A DNA stretch of 64,000 nucleotides, from positions 14,136,001-14,200,000 of the forward strand of contig CM120646.1 in the NCBI GenBank assembly GCA_051362555.1, in the 5' to 3' direction. The stretch is from Lingula anatina. Lineage: Eukaryota > Animalia > Brachiopoda. Below, in pieces: positions 13,801 to 27,800 of the stretch (positions are counted from its first letter, which is position 1; each line of letters starts with the position of its first letter). The position numbers and the translations under genes were made by a program. The notes under the pieces are model-generated. The model was not told the DNA's origin. It was given only the letters and a program-made list of their open reading frames with translations, and did not search any database.

Positions 13801-14144
13801 CCTTCCAACGTGCTGAAAAAAATTGACTTGCAACCGAAAACACCAGTGATTGCGTCATCAGAGTACGTATGGCCAGATCTGTTCTGCTAAGATCCGTTAT
13901 ACAGGGTACACAACTCTCACCCAAAATTTTGAATCACTGAAATAATATTTTCTCCAATCTCGTGACTTGAACATTGTTTGTTGGTAAAGGTAACAACCAG
14001 CTTTATAAAGGGTGTAGTGACAGTTATCACAGTGAAATTTGAAATAACGATTAAATATGTATGTCTAATTTTCAAAATAATTTCCATCATTTCTAGCATA
14101 TTAATCAAAAACACTATTATTTGTTGTACGAGTAAAGTTTTGTA

Positions 14145-15528
14145 CACACACTGGACAAAAGAAGTGTCACCCCTACTGAGCCAATACTATGGGGGAGATA
14201 AATGACTGTGGAATGATATGATCCTGGTATCATTTTATTAACATCAAATTTCACAAAAAATCACAAAATGAGAACAAAATATACATTCTACCAAAATATG
14301 CAGTTTCAAGTCCAAAATTAGTACTTAGTGGCATAACCACGTGACCTAATAATAGGTGCCAGTCTACGAAGCAAGGTTTCATACAATTGTCTGATGCGTT
14401 CAGGGCTTATGCTGGCCCAAGCATGAAACACTGAATATAACAGAGTTTCTCTGCTGGTTAGACGGGCATTTGTCAAAAGTTTTGACATATCATTCCACAC
14501 ATTTTCTATAATGTTTGCATCCGGACTCTGGGCAGGCCACATAACCCTGCGAATGTCCTGTTGGTCAAACCAATCATCAACTGCTCTGGGCCTGTGACAA
14601 GGAGCATTGTCATCCTGGTGAACAAATGGATAATTCCTGTCACCAAACATGTCAGTAATAGATGGTAGCAAGCCTGACTCCAAAACATCGATATATTTCT
14701 AGTGATTCATGTTTCCATTAACCACTATCAATTCGCCCAAGCAATGGATGCTGATGCAGCCCCACACCATGATGAATATGCTGCTCCGGGTTCGAAAATT
14801 CAGTGCATGTGGTTCAAATGCTTTACCATCAGTTTGTCAGCATAGTACCCGTCTGTCATCAGAGGTCAGACCAAAGCGACACTCATCAGAAAAATATATA
14901 GGACCAATTGTCATGAACTGTCCAGTTCCAGATCCGTTGACCCTAGTTTACTCTACGTTGCCTGTTTTGTAACGATATAAGAGGTTTCAGTCTTGCTACC
15001 CTGCTGTACACTCTCTGAGCATGTAACCGACGCCTAGCAATTTTCACATACACATTCTTATGTGTGAAATTGTTCCACTGTGTTGTCAACTGACAAGCAG
15101 TGTCGAACTTTGACAACCTGGACATCAAAATCAGTCGTCGGTCTTCACGGCCAGTATTTTTTCTTGGACGACCCATCAGAGGCAATTTGTCTCTTGATCT
15201 AGTGTTTCTATACCGAGACCAGACCCTCTGCACGGTTCTGACTGAACAATTCAATTGTATCGATATTCTGACATTGCTTATATTCCGCCTCTTCAGGTTA
15301 ACAACTTGCAACTATAACCGTTAGATAATTGCCTGTATCTTGCCATATTGGAGGAAGACAGGAATAACATTTGCTGTACATGTACAAGACCAACAATACA
15401 ATTCAATGGTATAGCGGTTTTATACTCATTAGTCACATTATAAGTAGACCAGGCATTATAAATACCCAAGATCTGCCTACTTTTATTACTCTGAGTTAGG
15501 GGGTGACACTTCTTTTGTCCAGTGTGTG
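14145..15528 (-). mobile_element. Tc1/mariner DNA transposon (DD34E), full length but frameshifted
   Basis: TIR CACACACTGGACAAAAGAAGTGTCACCCC at 14145, with its reverse complement ending at 15528, and TA on both flanks. The minus-strand transposase is broken across frames (~15347-14318). It shows an HTH (CSVRTVQRVWSRY..GRPRK), FSDECRF and QDDNAPCH...WPAQSPDANIIENVW, with 34 aa between D and E. Confidence 0.95.
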
Positions 15529-17838
15529 TACAGTTAACATGCATGGTATTTGACAAACTAATCTTGTAGCAAGAAGTCCAGTAACTATTAATATTAGCTA
15601 TTATGCTAGAAATCGATCTGGTTCAACAGAACTTTGCATTGACGCGACTTTGTTGATTCCCTAACAAATAAAGACGTAATAATGTCTTTGATTTATTTGA
15701 CACCAACGAGAAAACAATGGACTTTCAAGCGGTCTTTATCAAGTCACCCAAAATGTGGGGAGTTACACGTGATGTCTGCAAGAGGAGTATTGTTTTTTTT
15801 CCAACTGACTTTATTATGCCGACTTCAATTCAAAGTAAGGCATTGATCTCTGTTAATATTCATGTAGCCACCGGAAGCGGTCTTAAACCCAGGCGTCTAC
15901 TGGTATGTCCTGCACTTGAGCAACTCCAATGGTAATGGTATGAGGCCAATGAATGCCAAAAAAATGTAAAAGTCCGTGATGCAGAATGAAATTTTTTGAA
16001 ACCATTTTATTGAAATGTTTGAAATCGCGTTTGATCGTTAAATCTATATAATTATATTGAATCTACGACGATTAAACAAGTAGAGAATTAAACTACTAGA
16101 CGATTTTCCTGTTTCCTGTTTTACTCCGAGTTGCCTCCAAAATCCCTCCTTCCTGTTAGCCGACGTAATGGCTAATACCTCAAGTCAAAAATTGACTTAT
16201 GTTGACTGAAATAATGCTTTGATAAATTTTGAATTAAACTGCACTTTAAAAAATGGAGAACAATCTAAACATGGAACCAGCGCGATAACATGAAGGTATG
16301 GCCTACATGTATAAAGACTGGCCCATTGAAAAGTAATAGGCATTAGGCCGCGCACTGCATTTTGAATAATACCACGGCGAGAAAAAAGGCAATAATACTA
16401 TTTTAACATTTAAATTGCCTATGACTGTTTGCAACACTTAAATTTAACGGGAAATCAATGCTGTTTCATCCATGACGTTTATACAAGGAAATGACAGTTT
16501 CAGAAAGCCCTTTTATAATTTTGATTTTGTTCATTAAAACTGACATTGACAAATGTCTTGTGCAAACTGCCAGACATATAATATTACACAATGAAATATC
16601 CTGGTATACGTTTCAATTAAAATTGTACTTTTGATTATAAAGTCCATTAAAGGTCGTGGGTAGATTACTATATGATGTATGTCAGATGCACTGAGGATAG
16701 ATGATAATGCTTGTGTAGCATAGTGTATATAAATTGCTGTAGTTGTGCACCAATATTGTAAAACACAATGCCTACTGTTCCTTTAGGAAATACGTTGTAT
16801 TTTTCATCTCCAAATGTATTATTTATTACTAGTATTATATACAAATGTATTGTTTATCACTGTTACTATTATATTTTTATTTTGATACAAATGCACTAGA
16901 TAAAAAAGCAGCATGTTTTGCAATAGGCTAGGTTAATTGATATTACATCTTTTTAAACATCTAACTGACAAGAAAGGGCAATATTCACCATTTCAGCCGA
17001 AGTTTGGATAACGCACAGATATTTGACAAAGTAAAAAAATTCAAAGAGGGTCGCCAAATAGACCAACAATAACAAATGTTAATTTGATGCAGTAGCATGA
17101 CCAAACATCATAGCTTTACTGTACGAAACCTGTTCTTGGTTAAGTGTCTATTGTAGCATTATAATTATGCTGAAACAGCGAATTTTTCCATTGCATTGTT
17201 TCCTGCTGACGATTCCGTGTATTGTTGCAGTACCCAGTAAACTGAATGGCATGCTCTCCCCTTATAACAATAGATATTAATTAAGTTGATAACAAAAACA
17301 TACATTTTTGATTTTTTTGTCTGTTGCCGATGAAAACTGACCCCCAACTGAACCAAACGAATGCATAAATGAAATTATCATGATAATAATATCGCCATTG
17401 TACGAAATCATAGAAGATAAGATGCTCAAAAATTTTAATCGTTGTAACTAAAAATAAAACACATGCACTGGTATGATAATGTAATACACCTTCCACTTTC
17501 TAGCAAACCCATTTAATCAAAATACGCCAGGTAAAGCAACTGGTATTAATACTCGTGTGAACGTGCTGAGTGGCCATAAAGACAGATCAGATGTCATCTT
17601 TTTTCAATGTAATCAATAGAATACTGACACTCTAGGCGTATTGCAATAAATTTATTGATTGTGCATGCGCTTTCTACTAAGCTTTGGCGCATAAGAGGCT
17701 TATTTACCACTAAATTACAGGCAACATTCATTTAATTTGTTGGGCCAAAAATACTGCTATTTATTTCCATTTTTTTATTTGGTGAACATATGCAGCAGTA
17801 ATTTAATTCAGTTTTCGATGAAGCTCTAGACGGCAGAT

Positions 17839-18613
17839 ATGGTATTCCTTAACAGAAGATATATACAACTATCCTTTGCAGTATACGTTACTGTCTTTAT
17901 CGTCATTTCGAAATCTGTTTCGCTACGGTTGACTCCAGTACAGTGTGTGATGAGAGAAATACAGCGAGGCACCTGTCAGTATTCAAATGTTACTGATTTC
18001 AATTCTTGTATTCTGATCGGGTATGGGCAACGACCAGCGCAGTATAGCAAAGCCTCGCAGTTGTGTCTGGTGGACGAAGCTGTCGGTAGGTCATTATTTT
18101 TTTTTTCTTTTCTTCTCCTTATAAGTTATACATGTAACCACACGTTGACCTATAAATCTGTTCATTTATCTTTGTCTTTTGTATTTCTGTTGCTTAGATG
18201 TATATTACATTGATTTAGGATATGATATAGATCCAATAGTTTTCAGCTTAGGAGAAAACGCAGTGCATACATGTATACATGTGTATTAGAAGATTAAACT
18301 GGAATTAAAGGCGTTCTTATGTTTAGTTAACATGGGGTGCTGGAAAGACACCGAAGAGCGAACTATCCTTACCCTAGAGGGCGCGGATCCTATACTAGAT
18401 GGACCATATGGAAGCAGGATCAACGCCATTGAAAAGTGTTATGCTGCGGCAAGGAAAAGAGGGTATATTTATTTCGCTCTTCAGGCCGATGGCTGGTGCG
18501 CCTCGTCGCCGACTGCCGAGTTAACCTACACAAAGTACGGACGCTCTACCGCGTGCAACGCGGTCGGAACTGGAGGGCATTGGGCCAGCCAAGTTTACAA
18601 AATAGACTTCTAA
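17839..18613 (+). CDS. Secreted WSC-like domain protein, paralog 2 (tandem duplicate)
   Basis: Exons 17839-18085 and 18327-18613, with the same structure and phase as paralog 1. Downstream flanks (~15570-16200 vs ~19830-20660) are also homologous. Confidence 0.8.
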
Positions 18614-19059
18614 CCAACTAGAATAAGCGGAGTCTTTATTCAGACAACTGAACGAGGCACGCCTATGGGTGGGATTCTTTGATATTTGGGATCACATGTA
18701 TAGCACAGAAAGACAGCAGAAATATTGTGAGAAATATTAAAGTATGTCCTTTGATATGCCTCTAAGCTATGCTATTTGAAATTACAGTGTATTCGGTGGT
18801 ATTTGGTCAGGTTTTGTAACCAAATTTTATTAAAATTATCCACTGATATTCCCTGTTATTGCTTGTGCTACTATAGCTGTCCTTGCCGCAGTGGGCGAAA
18901 GCAGTCTTTTATAATTTGGGATGGATTACGCATACGCATGTACTTTGCTGAGTATTTTGTTTAGAGATATTCATGAGTAGCCGTAAGGGGCGGTGGTAAT
19001 TGCGCATGCGTAACAGGACGGGTGGAGAAGATGTACGCAAACGAAGCCTGTGCAATGCC

Positions 19060-19277
19060 GCGTTTTGCTGATATAAATACTGTAGTTATAAATAATAATC
19101 CGGATCACCATCAAAATCTAATCATTTGTTTCTTGGTCCTATTCTGGCCTATCCTGAAAATTTCATTAAAATTAGTCTATGGCTTGTGCAGAAAATTTCT
19201 AACAGACAGACAAACTACATTGTAACTAACAAACAAACGTAAGGACCCGAAAATATGGCCTCCTTAGCAGAGGTAAT
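19060..19277. mobile_element. Probable HINE/DINE-like (Helentron-type) non-autonomous repeat fragment
   Basis: CCGGATCACCATCAAAATCTAATCATTTG...AAAATTTCAT, then short CAGA/CAAA repeats, then the terminal hairpin CCTCCTTAGCAGAGG. This layout is typical of such elements, but the class assignment is from recall. Confidence 0.5.
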
Positions 19278-20151
19278 AATTGCTTGATTAAGTGTTTATC
19301 ATCCTGGCGTAAGATGGAGTTGTATTCTATATGATAAAACTTACATTGAAATATGTTCCCAATGAAACAGGAGCATAGTACTAGATTAACGTTAGCAGAA
19401 GCTTTATTGTTTTCGGCCAACAAATGCAGATTTGATCAATCCGTTAAAGCATAGATGGGTACGGTGCTTGCATATACGCCAAAGGAAGAAATCAAGTTCT
19501 GATATAATATGCTTTCGGACTGTCGATGTGAAAGCATTTTATGACTGTATTATTTATTTATTTTTCAAGTTGTTAGAAATTATGCAGGTGATTGACTTTA
19601 TTCATTTAAATTGAAATGCAGGTAGTAGAATAATTGGAAAAACTTAATCTAAGGGATCATACTAACTTATTTAAAAGTCTATCGATCAAGGCAATCAAAT
19701 CACCAGAACAGCATCCCACCTTGTTTGGTGGCTTCCTAAATAATTAACAGTACAGGTATTTGTGATGCACGTGTATATATATCATCTTGTGCAATTAGTT
19801 AACGGATGGCATTTGGTAGATTAGTTCATCAAATCAGTCCAGTGATTAGGGAGAATTGCTGTTATGTCTGACATCGATCTGGTTTAACAAGATAATGCAC
19901 TGACACCAAATTGTTGATTCAGGAACACGCAACGAACATACACGTATTTGTCTAAAATAAATATTTAAATCACAGCAAATAAACGGTATATTATTAACCG
20001 GTTTTTATCAAGCCACAGTGGGGAGTTGTACATGTACAGCTGTAGGTGTAGATGATGCATACAACAGGCGTATGTTTTTTTTTCTAATTGAATTTATTCT
20101 CTCGTCTTCAAAACAAAGTTAAGCGATCTTATTGGTGTTAGGTACCCATTG

Positions 20152-20326
20152 CAGGCCCGTAGCCGGGGGGGGGGGGGGTGTCGGGGGGTTCGAAAGAACC
20201 GCCCCTTTTGTCAGGAAAAGGTCCATTTTGGATAAAAATTTATCTACATACACATAAGTTTCATTGTAAAAGGTCCACCTTTTCAGAAAAAGAACCCCCC
20301 TTTTGAATTTGCTGGCTACGGGCCTG
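20152..20326 (-). mobile_element. MITE family M2 copy
   Basis: Reverse-complement copy of 2351-2525, with a 5-bp TSD CATTG (20147-20151 and 20327-20331). Confidence 0.9.
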
Positions 20327-20885
20327 CATTGCTTGTTTCTTTGACACAATTAAATCGTCAAGTGACATATCCTGTACTTAATCAAATCCAGTGGTAATGG
20401 TGAAAAGGATTTAAATTCTTTATTTATAAAAATGCATATATCGAAATCATTTTGTTGAAATTTTCAACACGCATTTGATCGTAAAGTTTGTCAAATAATA
20501 ACTAATATTACACGTATACGTTCAGCAAAAGATGAGTAGGGGCTCGTTTTTAATGCATTACGGCCTGTTTCACGTTCAGTTGAATCCTAAATGGCTCATC
20601 CCTGCTAGCCAAAGTAGTTGCCTAAAAGTAAAAGTACCTGTCTTATAATCCCAAGTCGAACATTTACTGTCGTTATATTGACTTAGTTAACGCTATATGC
20701 TTTGGTAAGCTTTAAATTAAGAGAAAGGGATAAACATTTTATAACGTGTAGAAAAAAAACCAAAATTTATTGTCATTATGAAATATCACACGATGCATTT
20801 CCTCAGCATAGTAAACTAAAAAAAAGTTCATGACAAGTCGCCCTATGTTATATATGAATATACCAGTACATTGGTAGTCTCTTAC

Positions 20886-23408
20886 CTTTAGAATCACAGT
20901 TGAATGGCTTGTCGTTACCCCCCTTCTGACTGTACTCGTACTCCGCTCGTGCACATTCTAGCAAAAGACAAATAAAAAACACGATTAGACACTCTTTCGA
21001 TGCTTGCAGTCAGTATAAGTAGAGTTGGGCTATGAAATTATGGTTCAAAATATGTTTAGACACTCTTTCGAAGATTGCAACAGTCGGACTTCGAAATTGT
21101 GGTTCAAGTCACTAATTTGGGGATCAAAAACACTAATCTGCGGCTCCAAGTAACAAACGACAATTTCGTTTACAAGGCCTGTACAAAATATTTTACTGAT
21201 TTTTGGTTGGGAGAAGAGGATATCTATGGCAGCAAGAAGAACTTGAACTATCCCTTCAATCTGCCGCCTTTTCCTGACTTTATGACTTTTCATAGCTTAC
21301 CGCAACCCATATCAAGGGCCTCCCATATGTTAACCATGTAATTCGAAATACGATCTCCTTTTTTCGTCACGCACATGCACCTGTAAAGACAAAAGGGAAC
21401 ATTTATTTCTAAGTTTTTGATATGAGCTAATTAACATGGGATTGATGTATATACCAGTACATCGGCGTGAAAATCTAGTCCAAATTCAATTGCTAATGTT
21501 CAGCAAATCACACGTTTTTTTTTCGTAAGAATTTGAATATATTTACTTTTGCTTTTTAGGTACGATTGTGACACAATCAGAATATTATAATTTCACAAAA
21601 AGAATACATCATAAACTCTGCGTCAGACAGGCACATACTACAAATGTACATTTATTTATAAATCTTATTTCAATCGTACATGTATGTTTGTGACAAAGTC
21701 GCTCGTTACTTACTGTTTAAACTTGATTTTTGTACGATACAGATTCAGAATAGTGTTTTGGAATTGATTTAACTACTAGCTTGCATACCTTAATTACCAC
21801 GCTCTCTTCTGAAATAACATAATTTTTCACAAATTTAATTTCAAAACCGATTCAGAGCAGACTATGACGCAATGTCTTGATCTGCAGTAAAAAAATTACA
21901 AAAACATTAACATTTCCAAAGAAAAGACGGGACTTACTTGGAGCCAAGACACTGTTTGGGCGAATAATCGCCGTTGTCTTCACAGTTCAGTTTTGGAGCT
22001 CCTACTCTGGTCAGAAGGCTACCCTCAAAGTCAGCCTTGCGCTCCAAACAGTTCTCTAGAAATAAAGTGTATCATTTATCACTTCCCTAAGCAAAATATC
22101 AGGCCTGCTGCAAATTTGTTCTGAAAACGTTTTAAAATAATCTTGCATTTTTTAGGTTTTCAGAAAAAGTTTTTCTAAAACTTCAACAAACTGTTTGTGC
22201 AGCGTTTATATGAATTGTATACATACTTTTTAGCATAAAAAATATTACTGATGTTAACTAATGGGGTATATCATAGCATTACCCTTATCATGTTAACGCT
22301 GAGGAAATGTTTCTTTTAAACATATTATCAAAAACACATTCATAAAGTTATCAAAAACGCGTTGATAATGGTACAAAAGATTTACACAATAACGTTTCCA
22401 AAACATTTATGTGTAAGCAGGGTTAAAGGTTTTAAAAATAGCTTACTTTTTTCACAGGTTTGGGTTTTCGGGCTGCATTTCAGTCCATCGCCGCATTCAG
22501 CTGTGGAAGGCACTCCAAGTAGGAAAAGTTGGATGCATTTGTCGCCTTCCTCTGAAAAATCAACAACATTGGCGCGATTCGGTGTTTTGTTGATAACAGT
22601 GCACAGGTAAATTACACGTGGAAATACTGTAGTTTGCATTAGATTCTTAAAATAATCGTCCATGAGTTTTAAATTTATGACGGAAGTTTAGGAGAGGAGA
22701 GGTTAGGGATCCTTTTCAGCCAAAAGCTGGGAACGAGTAAATTACATTTGCAAATTTCTGAACTCAGGCCCGTATAATGCATCAACCTGATATAGCACAC
22801 CGTGCATGTTATCCTTTTACTTAACCCTACCCTGACCTTTATGATACCGGCTCTACTTTCCAACTCATCACGATACCACTTCCACTACCCGCACTGAGAA
22901 ACACAGGGCGCTCTCTTCCATTATTCTAGCTCTCCTTACAACCGATCTACTTACATGTACAAGGGGGGGGGGGGGGGGTGGGGGGGGGTGGGGGTGGGGG
23001 GTGGGTGGCTTCGTGACATAAATTACATGTACCCGCGGCCGTACATGTATATGTAAAAATCTGCACTTAGGAAGCCGAATGTGTATGTACATGTGTATGT
23101 ACCAGTTTGTGTGTGGGGTAACCGTACGGAAAACATAAATAAACGGGGGTTTGGGGGAGGGTGGGGGTTGTCTACTAATTCTGTTCTCCCTGCGTTTATG
23201 TTTGGCGTGCATAAAAATAGTGGCGGGGATATATGCTCCCTGCGTCACCCCTGGTTCCTAGGCCTATGCACAATACTGGCTGTTTGAGTTCTTGACTTGA
23301 AATTTATTGAAATCTGTTAAGATTTGAGAAAAAAGTTTAGTGCATTTTACTTCCAACTTAGTATAAAGTCATAGTTAAACAAATGACACACCAAATTAGA
23401 GGGCAAAA

Positions 23409-23452
<44 letters not shown>

Positions 23453-23642
23453 TGAACTTACTCAGCAGCGTTATACAGACGTCACAACAGCCGCACATGC
23501 CACCGGGTCTTACCGCGCCACCTTTGGCCAAGCACGCTTGTTCATCCAGTAACGTGCAGGTGGCTCCCTTGCAGGCGTCCGGAGGGCACACCAAGGCGCT
23601 TGCGGCCACAGCACAACAAGCCAGAAGTACGAAAATTTTCAT
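20886..23642 (-). CDS. Secreted IGFBP-N + thyroglobulin type-1 protein (gene A); second Tg1 domain incomplete
   Basis: Exons 23642-23462, 22551-22447, 22055-21938, 21380-21301 and 20957-20886, all in phase. Signal peptide MKIFVLLACCAVAASA, IGFBP-like GGMCGCCDVC..C..ECGDGLKC, then Tg1 PKLNCEDNGDYSPKQCLGSKCMCV. It ends at CAR..FNCDSKG, and no homologous terminal exon was found. Confidence 0.85.
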
Positions 23643-23726
23643 GCTTTTCAAAATAGGAAATCGAGACAAAATGGTGCTTTAAAAGCAAGTTAATTTCTGC
23701 TTCTCTGTCGAATATCAGGAGCGTGG

Positions 23727-23734
23727 TATTTATA
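23727..23734 (-). promoter_or_regulatory. TATA box of gene A
   Basis: TATAAATA on the minus strand, about 85 nt upstream of the ATG at 23642. Confidence 0.55.
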
Positions 23735-24892
23735 GCGTTATCGTGCTGGCACCCTAGATAAAGCAGAGTAACGTCAACATTTACACTTGCCAAAAGATAA
23801 GGAGGGAAGAATGACAAATGCAACTTGTTTCAACTTTATCTTTTTCTTTTAATTGGAAAAGTTATGAAGTGACTCTGCTGCTGATGTATAAGAAATAACA
23901 TATGATAATTATAAAATCTTTAAAAGTCCTCACGACAGTATGAAAAGGCTGTAGATTTAAAAATTCAGCCATTTATGCTTATATACAAAGTACTGGAGTT
24001 TCAGCGTTCATTTTGGAATTGCATGCTTGTCTTTGATAGTATTTACACCCACAATTCATCTTGCGCGACACCGTGACAACCTTTAAACCGCCTGCTTATA
24101 CCGGTTCACGGCCCACACAAGCGAAGAGCGTGACCCTGTGGCTTCCGCGCCAGTTAATCTCTGGAAAGCAACAGCCGCAGTTTGTGAATTGCCAAATATT
24201 AGCATCACGATTCGAGATAACGCGTAAGCTTATGCGTGCACCCACATAGAAGCAGAGCTATTACAGGGTTGATTGTATGGTAACTGATACTGTGGAGAAA
24301 ACATCGCAAGAGAGAGACGTTTCTGGAAGTATTATCGCTCGGGCAAATGTGACACAGACACAGGAATAAAAACGATAAAGACTCAGACAGAGATACAAAT
24401 GACTCAACGCGTTCGATTTTGCTTTTACTTTTGTCTATGAATACAAATGTGTGTGTGTGTGTGTGTGCACGTGCGCGCATTTGTGTCTGTTACAGCCGTG
24501 CTCGAAGATCGAAACATTTATTTTCAGGAAACTCATTTATTTTATCCTTGAATTCGCGACAGATATGATTAAACAGTTGCTCGCTATATTTTAGAAATGG
24601 ATGATCTTGGAATCTAGAGAATTTTTCTCATAATGTTGCTTGCTCGAACAATTTGCTGTAAAGTGTCTTTAAATGTTGGCACAATGTAAAAAAGATATCT
24701 AGAAACCAATGTCGTTTTGATAGACGATATGAGAATTATCTTTGCTTTGCATTTTCTTTGATCCTTTTTTTAAAACAAATTTGACAGAAAAAATTGTTTT
24801 ACATTTATTCAGTCTTTGATACCATTTCCACCTTTCCGACCGGCTACAGTTTATGTCAATCGCGTCTTCGGATCAAACTCTTAATAAGAAAT

Positions 24893-27800
24893 TTAACAGT
24901 TGAGCTTGTGTTGCTCCCAGATTCCCACTGGCTGTGTGGCCTGCAGCATCTTTCCGGTTCTGTCTGCGCAGAAGCAAACTGAGCCAGAGCACTGGATCTT
25001 GTCGTAGTTACCTGGAAGTAAAAGTATGTTTAGGGATATCGTCCACACTAATAAATTTGTAATCAAAACATCTTTATCGCTAAAAAGCCAAACATGTCAA
25101 GGTAAAGGATGAAAAGGAATGATTGCGCCATTTAGTGTTTATTCGAGTACATGTACATAAATCTACTGTGTGGTACATTAATTTATTGTCATATTTTAAA
25201 TCTGGGACATTCTCACAGTGACCAGTGTTCAGTGCGCATTGTCTCAGAGCAACTGAGAAATTTTGAAGGGTTCCATAAAATTAAGCCCTACCAGTTCAAA
25301 TGTTTTTCTAAATTTCTGTAGATATTGAAAATTATATTAAAAAAATAATAACAATTTTAATAAATAATATGAATATAATTTTTTAAGAGACATTATGTCA
25401 CACCCGTAAACTGACGTGGAGACTAATATACAAGACTTGCTCAAACATATTTATCATACATATTAAGTCAAAAATGAAGAATTTAAATGATTTTGTTAAC
25501 GACGGTTGCAACAGCCGATTTTCCCCCCTCCGTGCAGCCCAAATATTCAGCGGGGTAAAACAATATAAAAAACAATGCATTTCACTCCACAACTCATTGA
25601 ATCAAATAATTTTGCCCTTCATTCGTCAAGATGTCTTGTTTACGAAGTAAATTGCGATTGCAACAAAGATTCAGGTCTTTCATGGTTTTGTGAAATGGAA
25701 TGGCAAAAAAAAATGCTTACTTTTTTAATCATTTGTAAACACGAATTTATATCATGTCACGTGAGTAGGCAGTCAAGATGAAAATTCTAATTCATGGCAT
25801 ATAGAACTCCTAAACGACGGTCCTTTCCTTTGAGACCGACGTTTGAAATAAAAATAATTTACCGTATTTGTCACAGTTATACATCTTGCCGACGATTCCC
25901 AGCTGTTGGTAGTCATCCAAGTCACGTGCACATTCTGAAACGAAATTTGATTGGTTCTACAGCATCACGTGTTAAAAATAGCAACATCGTACACATACAC
26001 GAGTGCACAAGTCTGATAAAACTGTTACTGATAATAATAAATACAAGTAGAGAGCACAGGCTAATATCTCACTCTTTCACTCCGACATATTCCAAGTGCT
26101 TTAATTTACTGTCAGGTTTATGAAACCACAGCCAGCAATTATAACCAGAATATTTGAAAACTTCAACATATCCACAAGACCTGCATTTATTGGAAAACAG
26201 AAAATTGAAAAATGTTCATCTATTGACTTGGCTCTCCTTTTGCAACGGATACACACCCTATAATCAATTATTATTTGGGCGTATATAATCGCTTAGTATT
26301 TAGATTAATATGGCAATTTAACTCACGGCAGTCATGGTCTTCCCATCTGTGTCTCATATCGTAATTCAACATGTCGCCACATGCGTCTACGCAGTAGCTC
26401 CTGTAGAAAATAAATAAATAAATAAATAAATAAATGAATAAATAAAGTCGAGATCATTATCTTATTTCTAGATCTTCACAAAGAAGATGAACAATTATCT
26501 AAAATATTTAAATTACACGTATTATACGTAGAAAGAGGAACTGTGTGAACCAACTTTGCAAGATATCGAAAGCCAAACTTACATAGATCCGCGGACCTGT
26601 TTGGCAGCGAAAGTGCCGTCATCGTTACATTTTGGTGCTTCCAGTCCCAGTGGTCTGTTGACCATGTTCTGGACCTTAAGAAGCTCATCCGAACATTGCT
26701 TTTGGCACAGCTCTGAAAAACAGAAAAGAATGCAAATGCTTAAGTGGTAACGGGGTGAAGAGCAGAACAATAAGCGGAAATTAGGAACATGAGAATTGTA
26801 AACAAAAGGGCTAGATTGCCATTTAGAAATCTCATAATTTGGTTGATTCTTTTTCAGGTCGCCAAATCTGTGAGACATTGTTAAAATTCAGATGTGCGAA
26901 AACGTCATTCTGAAGTAATAAAAAGACATTGCCGTACCTTGTTCCTAAACACATTATTCTATTTGTTTAAAGTTACGAATCCAAGGAAAAATGTCCTCAT
27001 CAAAACAAAAGTATTCATTTTACAAACATTTTTTTATCAAGATGCCACAATACTTACTGACAGCGCTGGCAGCAACCAGAACGCAGGCAAGAACAACCAG
27101 AACCTTCATCTTTCAAGTGCTGTCCCTCGTCAATACAAAACTGTATGTGAGCACCTACACCTGCCTTGACCTTATATATACGTCTTATCTGGCAAATCTG
27201 GCTATATTTAACTCTGCCAAGCCCATATCATGTCCACGGAGGTTTAGGTCTTATGGGCATCGGAAACACATGTACTATATCGCGAAATGTGCTTATCTAG
27301 TTTTGTCATATCTGCAAAGCGCAGCGTGTATGTTTGTCCAAAAAATCTGAATGCTCCTATCAGTGTGGGAAAGGCCACACATATAAACAATTGGAAATGA
27401 AAGGGAGCTGAAGTACCACTTGAATCATGTGTCTATTTTTGTGAATCGTTTGAACCCTCTACCTCCTCCACTCCCCCCCTTCCCCCCATTCGAATCCAAA
27501 TTTTTAACTTTTGGATATGCAGATCCGGGTCTGAGAATGTTTTCTGTCTACAAATGCTTCAGATTCATTCTTTGAAGCTGCAAGTATATCAGTGCATATC
27601 TGACCATACCGAGGTATTAGGTTTTTGCGAAACATCAACGATTTTCTACTTATTTACTATTATTATTTTCCAAATCTCTTCTACAAAACACTTACTTTAC
27701 TTTCGGATATGAACATCATGTACCGGAACATGCACGCTCACCATCCCATAACATAGCGCTACTTGTTTGGGTGCTGTGTACTTTTGGAGTGCATGTACTA

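Noticed and set aside
20886-20957. Suspected frameshift in gene A exon 5
   Set aside because: Recounting the six-G run gives an open frame (ECARAEYEYSQKGGNDKPFNCDSKG).
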